This document shows, piece by piece, positions 1 through 7,386 of a stretch of DNA of 38,737 bases (position 1 is its first letter; each line of letters opens with the position of its first letter). The notes beneath the pieces were generated by a model that was not told the origin of the DNA, did not search any database, and worked only from the letters and a program-made list of their open reading frames with translations. The position numbers and the translations under genes are program-made. Source of the stretch: a virus (lineage: Duplodnaviria > Caudoviricetes); IMG/VR virus record IMGVR_UViG_3300025502_000062, positions 1 through 38,737 of that record. One strand, written 5' to 3'.

Positions 1-15
1 GTTTTTTGTCCATTC

Positions 16-141
16 AATTTTACTTTTCATTGTGGCACCTCTATTTTAGCTGTGGCACTGTCGCGGTCGCGGTCGCGGTCTATACAAAGGCGAGTGACCT
101 TAGCGTTAAACCGGTCATGGTGCATAGTGGGTATTGCTTTC
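16..141 (+). repeat. Terminal overlap, left copy (126 bp identical to 38612-38737)
   Basis: Direct comparison; positions 1-15 differ from 38597-38611 at 4 sites. Confidence 0.95.
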
Positions 142-257
142 AGCGTGTTGATTAAATATATGTGGCTAGTGGATGGACCTGCACCATTATCCGCATATAA
201 ATAGTTAACATATCCATTCGCCATTTTATCAATTAAGTCTGTTAGCTTGTCATTCAT
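27..257 (-). CDS. Hypothetical early protein (76 aa)
   Basis: ORF preceded by AGGT RBS; stop overlaps next start (ATGA); contains a 6-bp GGTCGC microrepeat encoding DRDRDRD. Confidence 0.7.
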   Translation of the reverse strand: MNDKLTDLIDKMANGYVNYLYADNGAGPSTSHIYLINTLKAIPTMHHDRFNAKVTRLCIDRDRDRDSATAKIEVPQ

Positions 258-287
258 TTTTAATGTACCTAGTTGTTGAATAAATTT

Positions 288-683
288 TCAGAAATAGTCG
301 TTGTCTATACAGCTTTGGAAAAACACACCGTATTCGGCTTGCACTTCATCCTCTGTTATACCGTACGGCGCTAATGCCGCGACTGTATCGCTGATATCAC
401 TGGTTATATGCGCCTCATAATTGCCTAGCTCGCGATGGATAACTCCTTTTCTACCGTTTTCTTGCAGGTCTTGCGTTCTGCCTTTTTCATGTATTGCTAT
501 TAAACCATCCGCCAGTGTTTGGGTATTGTCTGCGGGGCAGACAAGTCCCTGACCTAATGAGCGGTATTTTACACCATCAATGGCACCTTTTTCGTATTGG
601 TCTTTGTTGAATGCGAAGAAAGCGCCGGTCGAGTTCAATATCTCGGTTTGTGCTGCTGCAACATAGCTAGATAAGTATTTCAT
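288..683 (-). CDS. Hypothetical phage protein (131 aa)
   Basis: GAGG RBS; globular-looking sequence (GAFFAF, RELGNYE); ATGA-coupled to upstream ORF. Confidence 0.85.
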   Translation of the reverse strand: MKYLSSYVAAAQTEILNSTGAFFAFNKDQYEKGAIDGVKYRSLGQGLVCPADNTQTLADGLIAIHEKGRTQDLQENGRKGVIHRELGNYEAHITSDISDTVAALAPYGITEDEVQAEYGVFFQSCIDNDYF

Positions 684-856
684 TTTGTTACCTCTAGTTG
701 GTTTATGTTGTGGATCACTAAGCGCTTGATTGTCGCTAACTCTACTTTACTGAGCGCTGGCGTAGTGTTGAGGAAATTTAAATAGGTCAACAGGTCGCGG
801 GCGTTTAGTCGCCCACTGGTAATATTGGCCGCGATTATTTGAGTAATATTATTCAT
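680..856 (-). CDS. Small hypothetical protein (58 aa, MNNITQIIAA...LEVTK), not in the ORF track
   Basis: Hand translation; AAGGA RBS; TGA overlaps ATG at 683. Confidence 0.7.
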   Translation of the reverse strand: MNNITQIIAANITSGRLNARDLLTYLNFLNTTPALSKVELATIKRLVIHNINQLEVTK

Positions 857-889
857 AATTTTATCCTTAGTTGGTTGGTGTACACGTGT

Positions 890-938
890 TAATTAACACG
901 GCATAGCAGGCGGTTAAACCTGCTATACCCTAGTAATT
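890..938 (-). promoter_or_regulatory. Long intergenic RNA hairpin (possible RNase III site or attenuator)
   Basis: Minus strand GGTATAGCAGG/CCTGCTATGCC stem extended by AATTA/TAATT after an internal loop; overlaps the perfect 16-bp palindrome CGTGTTAATTAACACG (885-900). Confidence 0.5.
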
Positions 939-1597
939 TAATCAGCTTTAATGGGCATTATAACCGCTGTATAATCACTACACTTAATAGCTATAGAATC
1001 CAGTGGACCGGCGGAAATTAGTTCTAATGGTTCCTCAATACTGAAAAAAGATAGCGCGTCTTTCAAATATTGGGTTTGCACCCATATATCGTCAACCACG
1101 TTTATAATCTCCAAACGCGTGGAGTTTATTTTAATAGTATTATCAAGTAGCGACTCTTTAAAGGTTGGTAAATAGTTGTTACCTTTCCGGCCATCTGGCA
1201 AAATACGCTTAAAATCAGGATATTTTGCATCCTCTTTGATGCTCTGCATATTCTTATCATAAAACCCCGCAGGATAGCTGGTGCCTTGGTGCGTATGCAA
1301 TCGGTGGCCGTCGGTGGCCACTAAAATATCGCCGTCTGAATAGATGTACTGCAGGTAGTAGCGGCAATCTTTTGGTCCAGCCATTGAACGCGCCAGCCAT
1401 TGTTCGGGTGTTTTTGGACGGACGGGTAGGGGTGGTTGAAAAAAGTTGTACATACTTGTTAGCACGTCGTAAACTCGCCCATCGGTTATATCTGTGCGGT
1501 CTAAATTTTCGACGAGGTCCACAAATTCGGAATACATTTCGGCCTTGGGTAGTTTCTTACGCCCGTTTGCTGCGTTTGCTATGTCATTAATATTCAT
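938..1597 (-). CDS. DNA polymerase III beta-clamp-like protein (partial fold, 219 aa)
   Basis: LVATDGHRL, YPDFKRILP and C-terminal AVIMPI resemble conserved DnaN motifs (ATDGHRL, FPDYRRVIP, YVVMPM). Confidence 0.7.
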   Translation of the reverse strand: MNINDIANAANGRKKLPKAEMYSEFVDLVENLDRTDITDGRVYDVLTSMYNFFQPPLPVRPKTPEQWLARSMAGPKDCRYYLQYIYSDGDILVATDGHRLHTHQGTSYPAGFYDKNMQSIKEDAKYPDFKRILPDGRKGNNYLPTFKESLLDNTIKINSTRLEIINVVDDIWVQTQYLKDALSFFSIEEPLELISAGPLDSIAIKCSDYTAVIMPIKAD

Positions 1598-1625
1598 CTG
1601 TTTTTACCTTTTGGTTAGTTGTGGC

Positions 1626-1675
1626 TTAATATGCCGCTTTGACTACTCGCGAGAATAGTTAAAACGTCAGATTAA
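1626..1675 (-). promoter_or_regulatory. Long imperfect intergenic hairpin (possible RNase III site)
   Basis: Minus strand TTAATCTGACGTTTTAACTATTC-TCGC-GAGTAGTCAAAGCGGCATATTAA pairs over ~23 bp with three mismatches. Confidence 0.5.
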
Positions 1676-1676
1676 A

Positions 1677-1886
1677 CTAGTCGTGGGTTTCATCTACATA
1701 AAAATAATGGTCGGCACCATAACAGTAATAAACGCCTACACCGTCAAAACTTGTTATGTGGTCACTATAGGCCGGTTTGGTTTGCTCGGTGGTTTCTACT
1801 TCGCAAGGTATGAGCGCGGCACCATAACTAATAGCATCTTGTTCGGTTCCTTCATAACCTTCAAAAATAGCATTGTAAATTTTCAT
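1677..1886 (-). CDS. Small acidic hypothetical protein (69 aa)
   Basis: GGAG RBS; starts 1 bp after upstream stop. Confidence 0.7.
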   Translation of the reverse strand: MKIYNAIFEGYEGTEQDAISYGAALIPCEVETTEQTKPAYSDHITSFDGVGVYYCYGADHYFYVDETHD

Positions 1887-1887
1887 T

Positions 1888-2511
1888 TTATTCTCCGGTA
1901 TCTATTGTTAAAGAACTGTCGCCACATGATAGGCAGGTGTTGATAGTTATACTGTCGATTATTTTCTGGCTAGCTCGAAATTTGAACTCGCACTGTTTAC
2001 ACTTAACAAGCAATTGCCGGTTCTTTTGTTTAGGCTTGCCATTAAGGCTCACATTCATAGCGGCGTGAGGTATAGGACCAATACGCTCAATCAGTGCGTT
2101 CAACTTGTCGATCAACTCTAGGCTTGGAACTGTACAGGTGAACGAGTTTTTAGTGCGGCCATTGTTACCGCCTTCTAATCCAACCAGCTTGCAGAGCTTA
2201 ATAAACGGTGCCTTGTGCCCGTTCACGTTGTTATCATACGCATGCATCATTTCATGGATAGTAACAGCCAAGATGTTCAGCGAGTCTGACTCGCCCATGT
2301 TGGCGGTGATGAATATCTCGTTATAGCCGTCTGAGCTCGCGGCCCTATTCCAGCACTCGCCCAATATTACCGACTTTTTCTGTGCGGTCTTAGGCGCGGT
2401 TAAAGAGTAGCGCGCTGGTGGTGCCGGCAAGTCAATCACAGGCTCTATAATTTCGGTGGTGATAATGCCGGCGGCAATGTTTAGCCACTCTTCCCGTGAG
2501 TTGATGTTCAT
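1888..2511 (-). CDS. SprT-like zinc metalloprotease with C-terminal zinc ribbon
   Basis: HEMMH (HExxH) followed by GHKAPF; C-terminal CKQC...CLSC. Confidence 0.85.
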   Translation of the reverse strand: MNINSREEWLNIAAGIITTEIIEPVIDLPAPPARYSLTAPKTAQKKSVILGECWNRAASSDGYNEIFITANMGESDSLNILAVTIHEMMHAYDNNVNGHKAPFIKLCKLVGLEGGNNGRTKNSFTCTVPSLELIDKLNALIERIGPIPHAAMNVSLNGKPKQKNRQLLVKCKQCEFKFRASQKIIDSITINTCLSCGDSSLTIDTGE

Positions 2512-2678
2512 TATTTCACCCCAACTTGAAGGTATTCGAGGGTTTGACCGGCGAACGCCTCGGCCTGTCGCTGGCTGTGCGGTCTGTCCTTTTCTTGCTG
2601 TGCAAGCTCGGCGTTCCTTGCTTCACGTCTAACTCGGCGTTCTTCTTCGGCTTCGTCTGCTGCGGCTAGTTTAATCAT
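2511..2678 (-). CDS. Small charged helical protein (55 aa, MIKLAAADEA...QVGVK), not in the ORF track
   Basis: Hand translation; GAGG RBS; TAATG overlaps on both sides. Confidence 0.7.
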   Translation of the reverse strand: MIKLAAADEAEEERRVRREARNAELAQQEKDRPHSQRQAEAFAGQTLEYLQVGVK

Positions 2679-2854
2679 TATTTTATGCCTCGTTGGTTTA
2701 ATAGTTGCATTAGCACTTCGTAGTGACGGCTTAGGCGGTTCCTTAACTTGTTACCACGTGTTCGGGCGCGTTGGTGGTTAATATCTTCTAGTGCGCGCTC
2801 TAGGTCGCTAGTGGAATATTCAGCGTATTGTTTAAAGGTGTCTTGCTTATTCAT
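2678..2854 (-). CDS. Small hypothetical protein (58 aa, MNKQDTFKQY...QRGIK), not in the ORF track
   Basis: Hand translation; ATGA overlap upstream and TAATG overlap downstream. Confidence 0.7.
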   Translation of the reverse strand: MNKQDTFKQYAEYSTSDLERALEDINHQRARTRGNKLRNRLSRHYEVLMQLLNQRGIK

Positions 2855-3099
2855 TCTGTTTCACCTTCTGGCATGGTCAAACCAAAACCCAACTCGTTTA
2901 GTATCTCGTATACTTTAGTCAGGCCAAAGCAGGGCTCATTCTGCCAAGTAGAGGTGTACCTTTCTAATCTTTGGCCTTCAGATGTCACTACAAAAATACA
3001 CCAGTCGCGGCCTAAAGTGTCAACTCGACAATCAAAGGACCCAACAAAGGGAGTACTGCCGGTAAAGCGGTATTTTTCAAAAGTGTCTTGCTTATCCAT
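2851..3099 (-). CDS. Hypothetical protein, first gene of the early operon (82 aa)
   Basis: GAGGA RBS; downstream of predicted promoter. Confidence 0.75.
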   Translation of the reverse strand: MDKQDTFEKYRFTGSTPFVGSFDCRVDTLGRDWCIFVVTSEGQRLERYTSTWQNEPCFGLTKVYEILNELGFGLTMPEGETE

Positions 3100-3233
3100 T
3101 CTATTATCCTCGAAAAGTGGTCAAAAAGTGTCCAAACAAATGAACACACAAAGTTTTGTTCTCATAGCTTTTTTGTGTGGAAATTTTCATTTGTGTGGAG
3201 AATATTCGTTTCGCTAGTTGCTATGTGGTGCCC

Positions 3234-3261
3234 ATTGTATAGCAGTGTGTAAACATGTCAA
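3234..3261 (-). promoter_or_regulatory. Sigma70-type early promoter
   Basis: Minus strand TTGACA-N16-TACAAT pointing into the early operon. Confidence 0.7.
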
Positions 3262-3385
3262 CTGTTGTTTTGGCTATTTCCAAACAAATGACAGTCATTC
3301 CTGTATACACTTTGTTATGTGTGGCGTTTGTGTGGAAAATTGAAAGCGGCTGTGTGGCAACAAAACAAAGGGATTTATAGAGTAA

Positions 3386-3513
3386 AACAAACAAAACAAA
3401 CAAATAACTACTATAGACTAAAGTAAATAATACCCATATAAAACGTAGGGTTAATATATTCTCTTATATATATGGCAGGGAGAAAAACCGAAATTTTGTT
3501 TGTTTTGTTTGTT
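3386..3513. repeat. 19-bp inverted repeat around a 90-bp AT-rich spacer
   Basis: AACAAACAAAACAAACAAA at 3386-3404; its reverse complement at 3495-3513. Confidence 0.85.
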
Positions 3514-3661
3514 CTCATAGTCGCTGCTGTGCCTAGAGTAGCGCCAGCTGAACCAGATAAGCCATTGCTGAGGTGATACTGATAGTAAACACTGTAATGC
3601 CTGCCTCTGGCCACACGTCACCACTGCCCACGCTCGATCAACCACGTGTAAACAACGCAAC

Positions 3662-3780
3662 TAACAAGTTGACAACATAACAAGTTGACAACATAACAAG
3701 TTGACAACATAACAAGTTGACAACATAACAAGTTGACAACATAACAAGTTGACAACATAACAAGTTGACAACATAACAAG
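3662..3780 (+). repeat. Perfect tandem array of TAACAAGTTGACAACA (16 bp x 7.4)
   Basis: Seven exact units plus a 7-bp partial. Confidence 0.97.
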
Positions 3781-3782
3781 GG

Positions 3783-3812
3783 GCATAGTACCAGCATAGT
3801 ACCAGCATAGTA
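3783..3812 (+). repeat. Tandem repeat of GCATAGTACCA (11 bp x 2.7)
   Basis: Directly follows the 16-bp array. Confidence 0.85.
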
Positions 3813-3985
3813 TGGCCATAGTGGTAGACAATACTTTCAATGAGATTAAATAGGGTCATATAGGGAAGGTACCCCGACCCCAATTTTAAAACAGAAACTC
3901 CCCTACCCATACCCGTCAACGCATAAAATTTCACCCAAAAAATTCTTTGTATACAACTGCCACCACACTAAGGCATACTTGGCAC

Positions 3986-4570
3986 ATGAGAACATTACGA
4001 CGCGACAGAAATAGCAGTATCAAAGCATTGGGCGGCCAAGAGGTTATTGAGCATCCTGAGAACGATGACGGCTACCAGAACCCCGACGATTTCCTAGATC
4101 GCCACCACCCTGAGAACGACAACTACATGCGGGCTATAGAGCACGTACAGGGTAAAATAATGTTTATCACGACGATGCTTCGCACCAAACAAGTGAACAT
4201 GCTCAAGTCGGTGTTTGCTGGTGAGAACTACGTTCAGACAGGAAAACGCCACGGCTCGTCGCCTTCCACAGTTAGCAAACTGGTCAAGAGCAAATACGGC
4301 CAACAACTGCTAAACATGTTGCAGTACCACCGTCAACTGGTTGAGGGGCCAAACGAGGCCATGCGCAGAAACATGCTGTGGAGGATTGCCCAGAACGAAG
4401 AAAAGCTATCGCCTAAGACCTCGCTCACTGCGGTAGCGGAGTTGAACAAGATGCATTTCCAACAACTTCAAGTCGATAATCCTAACGCGGGTGGACAACA
4501 ACCGACAAACCAGACTACAATAATTAATATTGATCAAGTACTTATGCCTCGGGGGGCTTTAGACAATTGA
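3986..4570 (+). CDS. terS: Putative terminase small subunit (HTH protein); ATG 3986 preferred over TTG 3947
   Basis: HTH-like segment (GENYVQTGKRHGSSPSTVSKLV), helical middle, C-terminal TTIINID strand; first gene of late operon. Confidence 0.55.
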   Translation: MRTLRRDRNSSIKALGGQEVIEHPENDDGYQNPDDFLDRHHPENDNYMRAIEHVQGKIMFITTMLRTKQVNMLKSVFAGENYVQTGKRHGSSPSTVSKLVKSKYGQQLLNMLQYHRQLVEGPNEAMRRNMLWRIAQNEEKLSPKTSLTAVAELNKMHFQQLQVDNPNAGGQQPTNQTTIINIDQVLMPRGALDN

Positions 4571-4971
4571 AAAGTCACTACCTTCTCCGTGAGTACCACC
4601 CTGATAGAACAATGGGCAGACTTTTCGCCAATGGTGAAGAATTTTCGACTATAGAAAGGTCTTGGGAGGATAATGAAAGCAATATTAGCTGTATACCAGC
4701 GGGTATGTACACGGTGCATTATTTACACAGGTCAGCCAGTGGTAAATACCGTGAAGTCTGGCACCTACAGTGTGTAAACAAGCGTTTTGGCATCCTAATG
4801 CACAAAGGCAACTTGGCGCGGCACTCTAAAGGCTGTATTATCCTTGGCAGTAAGCGCGGTTGGTTAGGCGGACAACCCGCCGTGCTAGGTTCTGGCACTG
4901 CGTTAAGAAAATTTAACCGACTGCAAAACAGAGAGCCTTTTGAACTGCATATTATTGGGACACCACCATAA
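4567..4971 (+). CDS. DUF5675-family putative endolysin
   Basis: TIERSWEDN..SCIPAGMY..RFGILMHKGN..SKGCIILG pattern. Confidence 0.8.
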   Translation: MKSHYLLREYHPDRTMGRLFANGEEFSTIERSWEDNESNISCIPAGMYTVHYLHRSASGKYREVWHLQCVNKRFGILMHKGNLARHSKGCIILGSKRGWLGGQPAVLGSGTALRKFNRLQNREPFELHIIGTPP

Positions 4972-5504
4972 TGATTGATTTACTTTTAGGTTTAGCAAGC
5001 TCCTCCGGCCTCGGTGCCATCCTAGGCATTGCAGGTAACTACCTCACCCAAAGGGAAAAAAGATTAGCAAATGTGGAAGCAAACACGCATGAAAAAGCAA
5101 TGGCGGAAATCGATAATAAGCGAGATCAAGCCGAACACGCACAAGCCCTATCTATGGCCGATAAAAACAACGACACCGCACGGATTGAGGGTAACATCTT
5201 GGCTGATGTTGCAGCAGGTCAAGCATTTACGGCCGGCCAAGTGGCCGCAGGTCGCCAAAACTCGGGTATACCGTGGGTCGAGGCAGTTAAAAGCCTTATG
5301 CGCCCTATCCTCACTTCTTATTTACTTATCATTGTCAGCTACCTTACCTACGCACTACATAAACTGGTCGGGGGGTTTGAAGTGCTACCAGCCACAGAAA
5401 TTTATACGTTATATACCCATTTGATACATCAAATAATATTCCTGACTGTGACCGCTGTTGCATGGTGGTTTTCTAGCAGGGGAACGAAAAGTGTTGGGCG
5501 ATAA
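4971..5504 (+). CDS. Putative holin (3TM type)
   Basis: N-terminal hydrophobic helix, coiled segment, two C-terminal TM helices, RPILT and WWFSSR motifs; adjacent to endolysin. Confidence 0.65.
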   Translation: MIDLLLGLASSSGLGAILGIAGNYLTQREKRLANVEANTHEKAMAEIDNKRDQAEHAQALSMADKNNDTARIEGNILADVAAGQAFTAGQVAAGRQNSGIPWVEAVKSLMRPILTSYLLIIVSYLTYALHKLVGGFEVLPATEIYTLYTHLIHQIIFLTVTAVAWWFSSRGTKSVGR

Positions 5505-5506
5505 TT

Positions 5507-5770
5507 GTGGCGAAAATACCCAGTCAAGACGTGTTTTCAGATGAACGCACAGCAGGGGAGTTTAAGCTACTTCGGCACCAGTTCGACGAACTCATCAAAG
5601 ACGGCGAAGCCGACAGAAACCGAATTAGAAAGCTTGAGCAAAAAGCAAGAGATTTGGAAACAAAACTCAGCGTTGGTAAAGGGCTTATTGTGGGGATGCT
5701 TATCACAACTGGTGGCGTTGGAATTTTGGTGGCTGATAAATTAAAGACGCTGGTAAGCATACTCAAGTAA
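5507..5770 (+). CDS. Small coiled-coil plus TM protein (holin or antiholin-like)
   Basis: Coiled coil followed by a hydrophobic helix; in lysis cassette. Confidence 0.55.
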   Translation: MAKIPSQDVFSDERTAGEFKLLRHQFDELIKDGEADRNRIRKLEQKARDLETKLSVGKGLIVGMLITTGGVGILVADKLKTLVSILK

Positions 5771-7315
5771 GTGAAGCATTCACACTACACAGATGACGAC
5801 TACAATGCCCAATACCATGACCAAGACCCGTTTACACGGTTTGGCATTGTTCCGGCACCCTACACACTAACCGATTCGCTCAGTCAGTACGGCTCCTACG
5901 ACAATCAAGCGGATTTCGCCCACACATTCGGGGATACACACAGCAAATCTGCCAACGATGACGCGTGGGAAATGCCTTATAAGCCGAGGCAGCAGATGGT
6001 GGCGTTTCATCAGCGTCAAGAACGTTTCGCTTTCCTGATTTGCCACCGCCGATTTGGTAAAACAGTCGCCTGTATTGCTGAATTAGTGCTTCGAGCGCTC
6101 TACACCACCAAGAAAAACGCACAATACGCCTATATTTGCCCGTTCAGGACGCAAGCAAAGGCGGTGGCATGGAATTATCTGGTAGAGATGACCCAAGGCA
6201 TAGCTACTGACGTAAAAGTGTCTGAACTGTCTGTGACGCTGCCTAACGGGGCTAAAATTTGGCTATCCGGCTCAGATAACGTCAATGCACTGCGCGGACT
6301 TTACCTAGATGGCGCGGTTATTGACGAGTTTGCCCAGTGCAGACCTGATTTGCTAGAAGCGGTAATAATGCCTTGTCTGGTCGATCGTAAAGGCTGGTTA
6401 GTGATAATCGGCACGGCTTATGGCCGGTTAAATCAGTTTTTTGACTACTACGAGAAGTCTCAAACTGATGATGAGTGGTTCCACGCCGACATAAAAGTCT
6501 ACGACTCTGGCGTTATTGACGCCGAAGAAATTGCGCGGATTAAGAACGCGGTTTCAGAAGCTAAATTCCGTCAAGAATTCTTAAATGACTTCTCCGCCGA
6601 GTTGGTGGGCACTTATTACGCGTCGATAATCAACGAGATTGAGCAGCTAGGACAAATAAACCAGACCACCCACTGGCTGCCTGACCTTGATGTGCATGTG
6701 GCCTTTGATATTGGTCGAGGTGATAATACGGTCGCGTGGTTCTGGCAAGAGCATGAGTTTGGCATAAATATTATTGACTTTTACACCAACAACGGTGAGC
6801 AGGCGCAGCACTACATAAACATGCTCAAAGAAAAGACATACAAGTACAAAACGATAAATTTGCCCCACGACGCCAAGGCAAAAACCTTCGCCACGCATAA
6901 AAGCGCGCTTGAGCAATTCATTGCCGCCGACTTTGGGCTTGATGCTCAGATAAAAATAGTGCCCAGCCTAAGTGTTGAGGACGGCATAGAAGCTGCAAGG
7001 CAAATGCTCAAACACACTAATTTTGACTATGATCGCTGCTATTACGGGGTTGAGTGTCTGCGGGTGTACCGCAAGAAATGGGACGAGCTAAAGCAGTGTT
7101 TCTTGAAAAAGCCACTGCATGACTACTCAAGCGACGCGGCGGATTCATTCAGGTATTTGGCTATACAAGCCAATAAAAAGTTTCTACCCGCGCCCACAGT
7201 GCATGAGTCTATCAACGCCTCATTGGTGAAAAACAGGGAAGTAAGTTTAGGTCAATTGTTCAGTGAACGGGAAAGCAGTATGAACAAGCATTCGTTCAAA
7301 AGCAGACGGATATAG
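5771..7315 (+). CDS. terL: Terminase large subunit
   Basis: HRRFGKT Walker A, GAVIDE Walker B, IGT coupling motif, FDIG and HDYSSDAADSFRY nuclease motifs; start uncertain (GTG 5771 vs ATG 5972). Confidence 0.95.
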   Translation: MKHSHYTDDDYNAQYHDQDPFTRFGIVPAPYTLTDSLSQYGSYDNQADFAHTFGDTHSKSANDDAWEMPYKPRQQMVAFHQRQERFAFLICHRRFGKTVACIAELVLRALYTTKKNAQYAYICPFRTQAKAVAWNYLVEMTQGIATDVKVSELSVTLPNGAKIWLSGSDNVNALRGLYLDGAVIDEFAQCRPDLLEAVIMPCLVDRKGWLVIIGTAYGRLNQFFDYYEKSQTDDEWFHADIKVYDSGVIDAEEIARIKNAVSEAKFRQEFLNDFSAELVGTYYASIINEIEQLGQINQTTHWLPDLDVHVAFDIGRGDNTVAWFWQEHEFGINIIDFYTNNGEQAQHYINMLKEKTYKYKTINLPHDAKAKTFATHKSALEQFIAADFGLDAQIKIVPSLSVEDGIEAARQMLKHTNFDYDRCYYGVECLRVYRKKWDELKQCFLKKPLHDYSSDAADSFRYLAIQANKKFLPAPTVHESINASLVKNREVSLGQLFSERESSMNKHSFKSRRI

Positions 7316-7386
7316 AAAAAAGCACACGATGACAAAAAAATGTATACTGTGCCGACTAACCCACAACCAATATTTGAGTACACCCC

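Noticed and set aside
1-15. Diversity-generating retroelement suggested by A/G differences on the minus strand
   Set aside because: No reverse transcriptase and no TR/VR pair; changes run in both directions and sit at a contig end
60-80. GGTCGC microsatellite as a phase-variation switch
   Set aside because: 6-bp unit keeps the frame and there are only about three copies
16-141. Biological direct terminal repeat
   Set aside because: It cuts through coding sequence and its length matches an assembler k-mer overlap
3662-3780. CRISPR mini-array
   Set aside because: Units are contiguous with no unique spacers; the only Cas-like gene is the ordinary Cas4-like replication exonuclease
3221-3934. 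ORFs 3221-3403, 3411-3614, 3451-3660 and 3638-3934
   Set aside because: Translations merely read through DNA repeats, lack convincing RBSs and overlap promoter or origin-like elements
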